In this document: one piece after another, positions 25,501 through 37,629 of the stretch
Layout: every line of letters starts with the position of its first letter
Position numbering within the stretch: the stretch's first letter is position 1
Source: Leucoraja erinacea
Lineage: Eukaryota
DNA: 64,000 bases
Reading direction: 5' to 3'
Assembly (NCBI RefSeq): GCF_028641065.1
Contig: NC_073386.1
Span: 54,932,001 to 54,996,000 of the forward strand
Translations under genes and position numbers: made by a program
The notes under the pieces: model-generated
Database searches by the model: none
The model's input: only the letters and a program-made list of their open reading frames with translations
What the model was told of the DNA's origin: nothing

Positions 25501-26699
25501 TTGTCTTCTGGTAGGCAACAAGTAATTGCTGGAAGAACTTAGCAGGTCAGGCAGCATCTATGGAGGGAAATTGAGAACTATGTTGTGGGGTTGTAACGGA
25601 GATGTGCATGTGAATTTTGTTTCCAGTTTTCTCCAAATATTTCTCTTCATCAAATATTTAATGCTTGCTGAAAGAACTGACATTTATTGGTCTGCGCCAG
25701 ACCAGTTAAAATGTCACGAAGAAGTGAATCAAGTGTTTGGAAGAAGGGAAATATAATTATGTGCGAACAAGCTGTAACTTAACCTAAAACTCTGTAAACT
25801 TCTCAGGTTATTTAGATCGAATCTTTTGCACCAAGTGCTGCATTTGTGAATTGGAAAATGAGTCTGGCAGTCAACAGCTGTGCTGCTCCAAAGAGCTTTG
25901 CCAACAACCTTCAATTATGTTGTAATATGTAGAATAAGCTAATTTTACTGGAAATCTAAATTTGGAAATCAAGAGTGATATTTTTTAATGTTTTAATTAG
26001 ACAGCACGATGGTATTTAGGCTGCTGGAGCAAACAGCTTTAGGTAATGCATTTTGATACCGTACCAACCTCTAGCAATTGGAAAATTTAATAACTGATGT
26101 TATTAAAAAGCATTTGTATCATTAATAATTTAAGTGAAACTTAAGTTAGGAGCTTACTTGGAGACAGACTACACTGACACAAGATACTTACTGCAGTGTT
26201 TTAGAAAGATCCGTCTCATAACAAACCAGATTTTATAGGAGAAATGATATTTATCCTGCATTGTTTTTTTGAGGCCAATATCATTGCAGGAAGCTTTCAC
26301 TTTGTAGACACACTCATAAATCATAAAAGTTAAAAAAAATAGTCTGGAAATTTTCTGGTGATGTTAAATGTCATCAAGTTACAATGCTCCCAAAGTGATA
26401 CTACCCAAATGAGAATTACAAAGTATGTTCCTAAGTGGATGCAACTTAGAATCCCCCAATTAAACAACACAATAGTGCACTGGAGAAAGCGTATATAAGT
26501 TCAACAGTAACTGCTCTCCAATTGGCCTTCCATGACATAAGGAAATACAGTAAAACTCCGATAATACTTGCATCCTTGGGATTTCGGTGGTGATAGGCCG
26601 GCAGATTTTCAGGACTATTGGATATTAGTCCCATTAATATACCAACACTCGTTTAAAGAGTTTATACAGGAGGTAAACATATTTTCTAGTGAACTAGCT

Positions 26700-26865
26700 G
26701 GGTTTTAAAGGAAGTGCAGGAACGGTTTCCCGGTGAGATTAAATGGAGAGTGGGAACTGGGTTCTGGTGCATTTAAAGTGAATGCGAGAATGGGGCCCCA
26801 GTAAGTTTAAAGCGTATGGAAGCAGAATCCCAAATGAGTTTAAAGAAAGTGCAGGAAAGAGTACC
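26700..26865. repeat. Degenerate 34-bp minisatellite, five units
   Basis: TTAAA at 26705, 26739, 26773, 26807 and 26840; tttaaag(g/a)aagtgcaggaa in units 1 and 5. Confidence 0.7.
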
Positions 26866-26871
26866 ATGTTA

Positions 26872-27775
26872 GGTGTTAGGTGTGAGGAGGATGCTAGGAG
26901 ACTGCAAGGTGACTTGGATAGGCTGGGTGAGTGGGCAAATGTTTGGCAGATGCAGTATAATGTGGATAAATGTGGGGTTATCCATTTTGGTGGCAAAAAC
27001 GGGAAAGCAGACTATTATCTAAATGGTGGCCGATTGTGAAAGGGGGAGATGCAGCGAGACCTGGGTGTCATGGTACACCAGTCATTGAAGGTAGGCATGC
27101 AGGTGCAGCAGGCAGTAAAGAAAGCGAATGGTATGTTGGCTTTCATAGCAAGAGGATTGAGTATAGGAGCAGGGAGGTTCTACTGCAGTTGTACAGGGTC
27201 TTGGTGAGACCACACCTGGAGTATTGCGTACAGTTTTGGTCTCCAAATCTGAGGAAGGGAAATTATTGCCATAGAGGGAGTGCAGAGAAGGTTCACCAGA
27301 CTGATTCCTGGGATGTCAGGACTGTCTTATAGAAGAAAGACTGGATAGACTTGGTTTATACTCTCTAGAATTTAGAAGATTGAGAGGGGATCTTATAGAA
27401 ACTTACAAAAATCTTAAGGGGTTGGACAGGCTAGATGCAGGAAGATTGTTCCCGATGTTGGGGAAGTCCAGGACAAGGGGTCACAGCTTAAGGATAAGGG
27501 GGAAATCCTTTAAAACCGAGATGAGGAGAACGTTTTTCACACAGAGAGTGGTGAATCTCTGGAACTCTCTGCCACAGAGGGTAGTTGAGGCCAGTTCATT
27601 GGCTATATTTAAGAGGGAGTTAGATGTGGCCCTTGTGGCCAAGGGGGTCAGAGGGTATGGAGAGAAGGCAGGTACGGAATACTGAGTTGGATGATCAGCC
27701 ATGATCATATGAATGGCGGTGCAGGCTCGAAGGGCCGAATGGCCTACTCCTGCACCTAATTTCTATGTTTCTATG
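26872..27775 (+). mobile_element. Young CR1 LINE 3' portion
   Basis: RLQGDLDRLGEW...[13 protein letters not shown]...FFTQRVVNLWNSLP; (tttctatg)n tail; near-identical to 39120-39550. Confidence 0.95.
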
Positions 27776-28041
27776 TGTATCAGATGCCGAACCATTGGAA
27801 TTCCTGAAGAATCAAATAGTGGATTACCAGAGATTTAATATTGCTGCAATGTTGAGATCTAACTTTAGGTTTCCCCCACACTCACTCTTTTTCTTTCATC
27901 CTTTGCTTGGCCAACATGGCATCCCTAATCTTCACTCATACCTGATGTGTGTTTCCTCCTCTGTCATTCCGTAATTCTCCAAAATACCGAACATTTTCCA
28001 ATTTCGAGATGTCCTTTAGAAAAAAATCTCTCTTTGACTGC

Positions 28042-28270
28042 AGATAGATGCAAAATGCTGGAGTAACTCAGCGGGCCAGGCAGCATCTCTGGATAGAAGG
28101 AATGGGTGACGTTTCGGGTCGAGACATTTCTTCAGACGAGTCCCTTCTTCAGCCTCAACCCGAAACGTCATGTATTCCTTTTATCCAGAGATATTGCCTG
28201 TCCCGCTAAGTTACTTGTATTTTGTGTCTATTTTCATGTGTAAACCAGCATCTGCAGTTCCTTCCTGCCT
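28042..28270. mobile_element. Fold-back Penelope-derived unit with 11-bp TSD
   Basis: tctttgactgc at 28031-28041 and 28271-28281; two inverted halves. Confidence 0.78.
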
Positions 28271-28667
28271 TCTTTGACTGCGCTTCTGCTCACCATTGTT
28301 CTAGTACAGCTGCTGACAACTAACCTTTAGCTGAAGGGCAATTTGAAGCATCTTGTTTTTTCCTCTCAAAGTAAAAATGAAGTTTGCTTTCGGTGAATAC
28401 ATATTGTCGCTGCTTCCTAAGCTGCATAACAGTAGCCTTGGTTTTGAGGAATGGGCTCGGTATTGCATAATGTTCTGCAATTCAATGTCAGTAATCATTG
28501 CACATTTGTTTCCTGTGCCCCATTCCTGTTCCCTTGTTAGCTCTCTGTGCTTTCCAAATAATTCTCCAATCTGTTTAAATGAAATAAAGACTTGCCATTA
28601 TTTTGATGCATACAGAATACTTCCTATAAGATCACTTTTGAAAAATCAAACCCACTCCGTATCATAA

Positions 28668-29275
28668 AAAGACACAAAGTGCTGGATAAACTCAGCGGGT
28701 CAGGCAGCATCTGTGGAGAACATGGATAGGTGACATTTCGGGTAGGGATACTACTACAGACTGATTATGGTGGGGCCGGAGGGGGGGGGGGGAACAAAGC
28801 TGGAAGACAGAAGCGGCAGGACAAAGCCTGGGAAGTGATGGGTGGATATGGGTGAGGGGTTTTTTTTTAGGCCATGATGAAAAGGCAAAGGGTCTGTGAT
28901 AAAAATAGAAGAGCTGCAAATTGTGAAGTCAGGAAAGGAATGTAGGTGGAAGGGGGGGGAAAGGGAAGAAATGGATCGGAGTCTAGGTGGGATACAAGTA
29001 AGAAAGGAGGGGAGGAAAATGAAGGGGGGAGGAAAGAAGTGCGGACTGCAGATGCTGGAAAATAAATTGTAGACAAAAATGCTGGAGAAACTCAGCAAGT
29101 GGAGGCAGACTGGGCTTAGGTTAGTTATTTAAAATTGGCGAATTCAATGCTCATTTTGTTCGGTTGTAAGCTAACAAGCAGAATGTGAGGTGCTGTTCTT
29201 CCACTTTGCGTGTGGCCTCATTCGGGTAATGGAGAAAACCCAGGAAAGAAAGGTCAGTATAGAAATGGGAAGAGC
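28668..29275 (-). mobile_element. Penelope-like element 3' end including GIY-YIG endonuclease C-terminus
   Basis: Minus translation SHFYTDLSFLGFLHYPNEATRKVEEQHLTF, then after a frameshift MSIEFANFK* (stop 29125-29127), matching the Penelope GIY-YIG C-terminal pattern; followed by UTR and the terminal unit. Confidence 0.82.
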
Positions 29276-29334
29276 CTCTTGTGTCCCCAATAAGAATTAA
29301 CTGAGCTTTTCCAAATTTAGCATTCAGCGTGCCA

Positions 29335-29475
29335 TGTGCCACGAAGGCGCAGCAGTAGAGTTGCTACCTTACAGCACTTGTAGGGCCAGAGACCCGGGTT
29401 CGTTCCCAACTATGGGTGCTGTCTCCGTGGGCCGAAGGGCCTGTTTCCACACTTTATCTCTGAAACTGAAACTAG
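29335..29475 (+). mobile_element. Internally deleted HE1/V-SINE (tRNA head joined to LINE tail)
   Basis: ggcgcagcagtagag...gacccgggttcgttccc (A/B boxes) fused to gggccgaagggcctgtttccac. Confidence 0.7.
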
Positions 29476-29699
29476 CTTGGTGCTGTAGGGATCAATGTTG
29501 GGTCATCAGCAATTGACCATTTATATAAGTGTCTTGGTTGAAAAGGCAGATTGTAATGTATTTGTGTTTGCTGATGCTGAGTGGGACAGTGAACTGTGAG
29601 GAGGGCAGAGATAGTATGCAAAAAGACATGCATTAAACCTGTGGGCAACAAGGCAGTAAATTGACTAGTGTGTGAGAACGTGAAATGTTGTACCTTGGA

Positions 29700-30058
29700 T
29701 CCAATCTGACTGAGCTTGAGCTATTTTGCAAAGAAGAATGGGCAAAAATTTCAGTCTCTAGTTGGGCAAAGCTGGTAGAGACATACCCCAAAAGACTTGC
29801 AGCTGTAATTGCAGCGAAAGGTGGTTCTACAAAGTATTGACTCAGGGGGGCTAAATACTTTTGCACGCCACACTTTTCAGTTTTTTATTTGTAAAAAAAT
29901 TTGAAAACCATGTATCATTTTCCTTCCACTTCACAACTATGCGCCATTTTGTGTTGGTCTATCACATAAAATCCCAATAAAATACATTTACGTTTGTGGT
30001 TGTAACGTGACAAAATGTGGAAAAGTTCAAGGGGTATGAAAACTTTTGCAAGCCACTG
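29700..30058 (+). mobile_element. Tc1 transposon 3' end (transposase C-terminus plus IR/DR terminal repeat)
   Basis: NLTELELFCKEEWAKISVSSWAKLVETYPKRLAAVIAAKGGSTKY*; internal direct repeats (acttttgca..ccac at ~29857 and ~30042); ends cactg|TA. Confidence 0.93.
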
Positions 30059-30672
30059 TATATTATGTTCTGAACTTATGCCTTCATCTTCAATTGCTTC
30101 ATATCAAAGTAATTATAGCACAAAATGTATGAAATCCAAACCACAGCTGTGCAAATCACACAAACTGTGGCAAAATAAAAATTGCTCCAACCTATTAAAT
30201 TTATTGACAGTGGAATACAGTGTGCTTTTAGATAATGATGTAACGATAATGATAATATCCTCTATTCATCTCTTTGCAGAGAACAAAGTGCAGAAACTCT
30301 CTTGAATCATACATTTCCAAAAACAGTTTTCCAATTTGCCTGCCTTACATTTACCTTGGAAAGTAATTTATATATTGAAAATATATAATCCAAGTGAGAA
30401 TTTAAATGTTTAAATTTAAAGAATGTTTGGTTTTAAATGGCAATCCTTACAATTCACACAGGAATGCACATCTCACTGCCTTGCAATGTTAATAATATAA
30501 CCCAATTTTGGGGAATTTGTGATTCATTATTCACATTCATGTGGATACTGGATAGATTATCCATCAGATCCTGATTAGTTCATTGTTCAAAACATCAGGT
30601 TGTATTAAAATTCCTTGTTCACAAGTAGCTCACAGAATAAACAGTTTGCATATATACAATATACAATATATG

Positions 30673-31713
30673 TAGGTATGTTGCAAAGCGTACCTGAAGC
30701 GTCGCTGAAAATCTGTCGCTGCGGGTGTGCGCGATTTTGGCGCCGTTTAGAGGGGGGCGGGTTTAAAACGCGATTTTCCCTAGGCTGTTCAAATCGAGGA
30801 TGTTCAGCCTAGTTAATTATTAACGAAAAATCGCTGGAAGATTCCGTCGCTTTAGCTATTATTACTTTTAAGGGCTTTATCTAATTGTTATAGTAGTTTA
30901 AAAATTAACCTCTAAACCCGCGACCGCCGGCAACCGGCCGGATCTCATACAGGGGACAACAGGAGGTAGGCTGTTTATTTTTACATTAAAAAGGGCTTCT
31001 TAAGATCCCTTTATACAAAGTTTAATGTTGCGAGTAGCTAATTTGGGCCCCATTATATCCCGCAGTATTTTTCTGGGCATTTGAGGGCACAAATCTACCG
31101 CAATGTGAACGTTCTAAACCAGCGCGTTCACAGGATCCCACTAGAAAGCTGATTTAAATGGACTTTAATTTACAGCAATTGAACACTAAATTCCTTCCAT
31201 TTGGCCTATAAATTAATGTAAATGAGATTTTAAAATCATGTTTTATTGTGAATTATTTGTGAATATTATTTGGACACTTAGGCTATTTAAAAATGTTAAT
31301 CATTTATTAAGAAATGGATAGATGTTTAGATCTAGTAATTGAAGTTTAGAATTAGCTACAATTAGGTAACTAACTAATTATATGCTTTAATTTCACGTCA
31401 TCCAAGTAAGATTATTTTATATTTGTTTCAGAATGCTTCAATCTATGATAACTGAAAATTTCATTCAGTTCTCTTAATTTTTAAGAAAGTTGTGGGCTTT
31501 TGACTGTCCACGATCACAGCTTTTTTGTTATGTCCATAGAAAATCAATAGGGAACAAGATGCTAATTTCAGAGTATGAAAATGGCCATAACTTTTTAAAT
31601 ACTTGAGATATTAAAGTGAATTAGGTGTCAAATTAAATTTATTGTTATGCTTTATCTGATGGGATAAATTGCAGACTTGATTTTTAAAATCTCAACATTT
31701 TGTAACATTGCTA
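30673..31713. mobile_element. Non-autonomous DNA transposon with TAG...CTA termini
   Basis: taggtatgttgcaaa / tttgtaacattgcta imperfect TIR; atatatg duplicated at 30666-30672 and 31714-31720. Confidence 0.75.
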
Positions 31714-32034
31714 ATATATGGCAATGATAAATACGATAAATATAATGGTAAGTGCAAAACAGCAGAATGGTGCAAGATTGTAGTGCAAACCAAGTAATGT
31801 AAAAGAATATTAATGTACAATAACGGAATAACCCAATGAGATACAGTTAAAAATAAGTGTACGTGGCAGCACCTCTGGGGAGGGGGTGTGAAAGAGGTGA
31901 TGGTTCAGGAGTCTGATAATAATGTGGGAGAAGCTGTTCTTAAGTCTGGATGTCCAGGTTATTAAGCTTCAGTATCTTCTCTGACAAGGCAGAAAGGGGA
32001 AAAGCCAATGTCTAGGGTGGCTGGCAGCCCTTAC

Positions 32035-32290
32035 AATACAATACAATACAATATAACTTTATTTATCCCAGGAGGGAAATTGGTCAGCCAACAGTCATAA
32101 AACATAACAAGATACTTAAAACATGAAATTAAAATGATGAGTGGAAAGTCCAGGATTTGAGATGTGCAAAGATTGGGGAGGGGGTGGGGGGGCAGGAGGA
32201 AGCGGAGAGTCTACCCTAAGACAGAAGGGCGAGGAGTTGTACAGTTTAATAGCCACAGGGGAAAAGGATATCCTGTGGTGTTCTATGCTG
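32035..32290 (-). mobile_element. Rex1/Babar LINE 3' end
   Basis: SFSPVAIKLYNSSPFC on minus strand; (attgt)n tail; matches 24160-24375. Confidence 0.85.
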
Positions 32291-32854
32291 AAATTTCCAG
32301 CCTTCCTCATGCAATACACCATAAAGATAGACCGGAAAGAAGGAAGTGGCTAGCCGATCAGTGGCCAAATTGGGCTAATAAGCATAAAATACACTTTTTG
32401 ATAAGCTCTCAGTTTTGCAAGGTTGCACTTTGGTGCATTTAAGCAAATATTTGCAGATTGCACATTTAATCTCAATTCAGTACAACTGTAGATAACTGTT
32501 TGTTCACTTGGAATAAATAGCAATTTATTAATATATTAATTTAGCGGGGATGGGCTGCTACAAATGGTTTTTGCCATGGAAGAACAGAGGAAAACTATGA
32601 AGAAAAGGAAAAATAGACAAAATTCCTGCTCTTGATCACCATCTATCCCGGTAGGATCTGTACAGTCAGAATTGGTGGAATTATATTTGGGGACAAAGAA
32701 ATAGCTGAATAATTAAATATATACTTTGATTTTGTCTTCATAAAGGAAGACAGATATAACCTCCAGGCTCCTTTGAGATCGAAGGTTGTAGAGAGAGAAA
32801 TAATTCAATATCAGTAAAGATTTAGTCCCAGGGACATTAATGGGGCCAACAATG

Positions 32855-32961
32855 TTTGCTGTCGGAGGTTGTCGTAGTTTGTCGCGAGGTGTCGTAGGTG
32901 AATGCTAGTAAAACTAGTCTGTGACAGTCGCCTAAAGAGTCGCCTCAGTGGGACAGGTCCA
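32855..32961. mobile_element. Harbinger-like MITE right-end fragment
   Basis: cctaaagagtcgcctcagtgggacaggtcca|taa matches the end of 59252-60037. Confidence 0.7.
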
Positions 32962-33339
32962 TAAGTGCGTAGGAATAGCGTAGATCAGGGGAGCCGCGAC
33001 CAGCTGCGTCATTTGTTGTCCAGCCCACTCTCCAAGTCACTGATAGACATAAAAAGCCGGATTAACAGCCAATTTCCTATCTGTTTCTGTGGATGGACTC
33101 CAAGCACCAGAGGCCCATTGATCTGTGGCGCTGTTCGATACGTGATTGGCTTTGTGGAGATCAGAGCCAGATGTCACTGTGTCCCGGCACTCGGCCCTAC
33201 ACAGCCCTGCTAACCGGCCAAGGTTCAGTTTAGAGATACAGAGCTGAAACAGGCCCTTCGTCCCACCGAGTCCCCGCACATTAACACTACCCTACACACA
33301 CTAAGGACAATTTACACTTATACCAAGCCAATTAACCAG

Positions 33340-33475
33340 ACCTTCAGTCTGAAGAAGGGTCTCGACCCGAAACGTCACACATTCCTTCCCTCCAGAGATG
33401 CTGCCTGACCCGCTGAGTTACTCCAGCACTGTGTGTCTATCGGTTTAAACCAGCATCTGTAGTTCCTTCCTACAC
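33340..33475 (+). mobile_element. Penelope-derived unit with intact hammerhead-like core (33349-33376)
   Basis: ctgaagaagggtctcgacccgaaacgtc followed by the conserved terminal sequence. Confidence 0.78.
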
Positions 33476-33804
33476 GTGTACCTGTCCAAATGCTGTTTAA
33501 ATGTTATTGTGGTAATTTCAAGTGTAGAATGAAGACAAGAGTGTTTAGTTGTCGCGTGCAGCAACATCAGAACAATGACATTCTCAGTTGCTGCACCTTA
33601 ACAGGCCGGTTAAAGCAACAACACACAGTACATGTAAATAGATTGATTTAGTTTACTATTGCCACCTGTAGCGAGGTACAGGGAAAAGCTTTTGTTGCGT
33701 ACTAATCGGGGAAATGCAAGCAAGCCGCTCACAATGTACAGATAAAGGAGAACGGGTGCAACATATATAATCAATAATACAATATTGGGTAATCATCCGG
33801 GGAT

Positions 33805-34130
33805 ATCAGCGGAGGCCCAAGTATTAGCATTACAATTAATGCCCCACAGCCCAGGAGACCCGGGCTCGATCCTGGTCTCAGCTGCTGTCTGTGTGGAGTT
33901 TGTACATTCTCCCTGTAACCGCGTGGGTTTCATCTGGGTGCTCCGGTTTCCTCCCACATCCCAAAGACGTGCGGGTTTGTAGGTTAATTGGTCCTCTGTA
34001 AATTTCCCCCTAGTGTGTCGGGAGTGGATGAGAAAGTGGGATAACATAGAACCAGTGTGAATGGGTGATCAATGGTCGGCACTGACTCGAGGGGCCGAAG
34101 GGCCTGTTTCCACGCTGTATCTTTGAACTA
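33805..34130 (+). mobile_element. HE1-like V-SINE
   Basis: tRNA-like B box (gacccgggctcgatcc), V-domain (gtgtggagtttgtacattctccc...gtgctccggtttcctcccacatcccaaagac), CR1-type tail ggccgaagggcctgtttcc. Confidence 0.88.
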
Positions 34131-34519
34131 ATTATAATATTGAACAAATCAAGACTTACCTATCTGATTTTAACATGAACAATATTATCTCAAGGTTACA
34201 GAGTATTTAAATGGCATTTACTGCATAATCCCTGAGGTTATTCTTTGTAATGTGAAGGGCAAAGTTCATCTCTACAAGTTTCATTTTCTGAAGTTAATTT
34301 GTATTTATATTTACCATCTTGCCTTTGCTTATTTGTTCCCGCGATACATGAATCCAAGACTTACATTTAAAGATGAACAAAATATCAATTTAAAGACAGA
34401 TTGAATTGAATTGAATACCTTTATTGTCATTCAGACCTTACGGTCTGAACGAAATTTCGTGCCTGCAGTCATACATACAATCATACAATAATAACAACAA
34501 TAAACACAAATTGATATCA

Positions 34520-35232
34520 AGTAATTTCCCCGATTGAGTATTAATATCGAGTTTGTTAACATCCCCTCTCTCTCCGTCCCTCCCGCACCCGACTACTACC
34601 TGGTACTAGCTGCAAAGTCGTCTTGTTGGGTCTCATTGTGTGAGAAGGAACTGCTGGTTTAAACCGAAGAGAGACACAAAATGCTGGAGCAACTCAGCGG
34701 GACAGGCAGCATCTCTGAAGAGAATTGGAATGGGTGATGTTTCGGGTCAAGACCCTTCTAAAGGTTTCGGGTCGAGACTCTTAGAAGGGTCAAGACCAGA
34801 AACGTCACCCATTCCTTCTCTCCAGAGACGCTGCCTGATCCATGCCGGTCACCAGGGTGAATTCGGCACAGAGACTAACGGCGGCGGCGCAATGCTTCCG
34901 ACGCCTCTGACGGCCCAGGACTCTTGCACTGCTCCATGGCCGGAGCTGCAGCAAGCGACTTGCCTGCCCGGCAAACACTCGCCAGCCCGGCAAACACTTG
35001 CCAGCCCCGGCTCCCCGTCCGCATCTGTCCCCGCCGCTGGTTCTGCTTCCATCCCTCCCTCAGCCCCGGCTCTCCAACACCCACGGCCCATGCAGTTGAT
35101 ATGAATTTTGAAATTCTCGTTGATCACAGAATTTCACACGACAGCATGGGAATTTTGTGATCAGCGTGAGAATGTGAGAATTTGGCCAAAAGCGTGATTC
35201 TCATGCTCATAGCGTGAGAGTTGGCAACCCTG
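34520..35232. mobile_element. hAT-like element right part with nested fold-back Penelope unit (~34640-34840)
   Basis: Ends gcgtgagagttggcaaccctg like 14654-14674. Confidence 0.55.
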
Positions 35233-35845
35233 GGAAAGTAAAAACAACAGGAAATTACCATTTAATAATTGTAACATTATTAATGGGGAAGTTGCTAGAA
35301 GCTGTTATAAAAGAAGTAATTACAGAATACTTGGAAAGCAACTCTTACATGTCAGCAAGATTTGGACTGATATCTAAGATGACACAACTGAAGTATGAGA
35401 AGAGATTAGGCCAGGTATGTCTGTATTCCCTGGAGTACAGAGGGGACCTCATTGAACCCCATAACATTTTAACAGGACAGGATAGGCTAGATACAGGGAG
35501 AATTTTCCTGGTGGATGGAAAGTCCAAAATGAGAGTCGTGGAAGAGTTATTTAGAATCGAGGTAAGGAAAAATGTCTTTAGTCAAAGAGTGATGAATGTA
35601 TAGAATTTTCAACTTTAAAGGTGATAAAACTCAAGTCAATAAACATATTCAGGAATGTGGTACATATGTTTATATAATATATGTTAGGCGTTATATAAGG
35701 GATATGGAAAAAAGGCAAGAACAGGATACTAAAGTGGATAATCAGCGATGCTAATGTTAAACGGTTCAGCCAAGCTATTCAACATAATTGTGGCTAGTCG
35801 ATCATGAAGGGCCAAATCTTTCACTCCTGCTCCTATTTTCTATAT
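35233..35845 (+). mobile_element. Old, internally deleted CR1 fragment
   Basis: GKLLEAVIKEVITEYLE...LYSLEYRGDLIE...FSQRVMNV. Confidence 0.8.
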
Positions 35846-36139
35846 TACTGTGAACTTCCCCTTATTTCATTATTTATTGCAAAACCATTGAAAAATGCTT
35901 CACAAGGTATTTATCAAACAAAATAATATTGCTGAGCCCTGTGATGACATATTAAGGGAAATTAACAAAGTCGAATGGGAAGGTTTTGAAATGCATTCTA
36001 TGAGAGGAAATATAATTAGAACAGTTTAGGGAAGAAAATCAGGGGAGCGTTTAATTTCAGAGATGAACAAGAGGTCATAATTGCAAAAGAACTAAAATCA
36101 GAATAGCACAGATAGTGCTAAATGAAAAATTAGTTGTAC

Positions 36140-36460
36140 AATATTACTGTATGGGAATAGGTCCTTCAGCCTCTCAAATCCATGATCATTGTAAAGCACC
36201 CACTTATTATAATCCTTCACTAATCCCATTATATTCTTTCCACATTTGCATTAACTCCTCCAGATTTTACCAGTCACCTGCACACTAGTGACAATTTAAT
36301 TGACTAATTAATTTATCAACCCATACATCTCTGGCACGTGGGTAGAAACTATGGAAAAGGGGAAAATGTGCAAACGCCCCTTATACATCACCGAAGATGG
36401 GGATTCGACCAACGTCAATGTAGCTCTGAGGCAGCAGCTCTATTAGCAGTGCCACTGGAC
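36140..36460 (-). mobile_element. Old V-SINE copy
   Basis: Reverse complement of a degenerate tRNA head and V-domain (aaaatgtgcaaac...ggattcgacc...gctctgaggcagcagctct). Confidence 0.6.
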
Positions 36461-37629
36461 CATCTCAAATGTTTTTAAAAAACTAAAATGGATAGAGAGG
36501 TTTGAGGCCACAGAGGGATTTGAAAGGAAAGGATGAAGACTTTAAAATGAGGTACTGCTTAATTAGAAACCAGCATGTGTCATATAGCACAGGGTGATGT
36601 TACTTTGAACATGGTCAGCAGAGCTTTGTGTGACAAGTTGGCAAGGAGCAGAGGGAGTTGAGTCGGGTAGCAATGAGGAGGAAGAGTCAGGTCTGGTGGA
36701 AACAACAATGGCTTTAAGTGCAAGGTAGAAGAAAGTGCTGATACGGCAATGGAAACAAGCCATCTGGCATAGACATGTCCAAAACACACACATGCCTGCC
36801 TCCATTGTTCGTTAAATATTCACCCGTTTAAAACGTGAATATCGGTGAATTAAGTTAAGGTACTACTGGTAAGGCACGCATGTGAAATTATAATGGTGAA
36901 TGACCTCACAAAATGGAAAGCAGAAAGGCGGAAGGAAAATTACAATCATAATATTAATTTAGGAAAGTAAATTAACATCCAAAACATTTAAATAACTGAT
37001 TACATTACATTTCCTCAAAATGGAACCATCATTACCCAGCCAAATTCACCTTTTACTGATTTTAATTTGTTCCAGTTTTCATCGCAGGTTATAGAAGATA
37101 GAACAGTCCAGCACAAGAACAGGCCCTTCAGCTTGCAATGTCTGTGCTGAACATTATGCCAACTCCATCCCTTGTCTACCTGCACATAACCCATATCCCT
37201 CCATTTCCTGCATATCCATATGCTTATCCAAACGCATTTAATGCCTCTCCTATCTGTCCTTCATTTGAGACATACTGGTCCTGATCTCTACCTTCCAAAC
37301 ACTTCTCATTTCTAACCTACTACTCTGGTTTCCACCCCTGCCTCTCTAGTTTAAACCCTCCTGAGTAGCTCTAGTGAAACCTCCCTGCAAGGATACTGCT
37401 ACCTGGCCAGTTCAGATGCAATCCATCCCTCTTGCAGAGATCTTGTGGAGATCATTTCTGCTCCAGAAGAGATCCCAATACGATGGCTTAGTTCATATCC
37501 TCTGAATAGATTTACAAATGTCACAATGGCCTATACCAGCATAGTTATGTTTTCTGGAATTGCAAAAGTGTAGCCTTGTTTTTTTTTCAGTTTGATGTCT
37601 CGAAAATCATTTTATTTCAGAGTGGAATG

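Noticed and set aside
26700-26865. CRISPR-like repeat/spacer array
   Set aside because: Conserved part is only ~6-12 nt, interiors are mutually similar, no cas genes, eukaryotic intron.
33805-33880. tRNA gene
   Set aside because: tRNA-derived SINE head with a degenerate A box, followed by V-domain and LINE tail; no cloverleaf.
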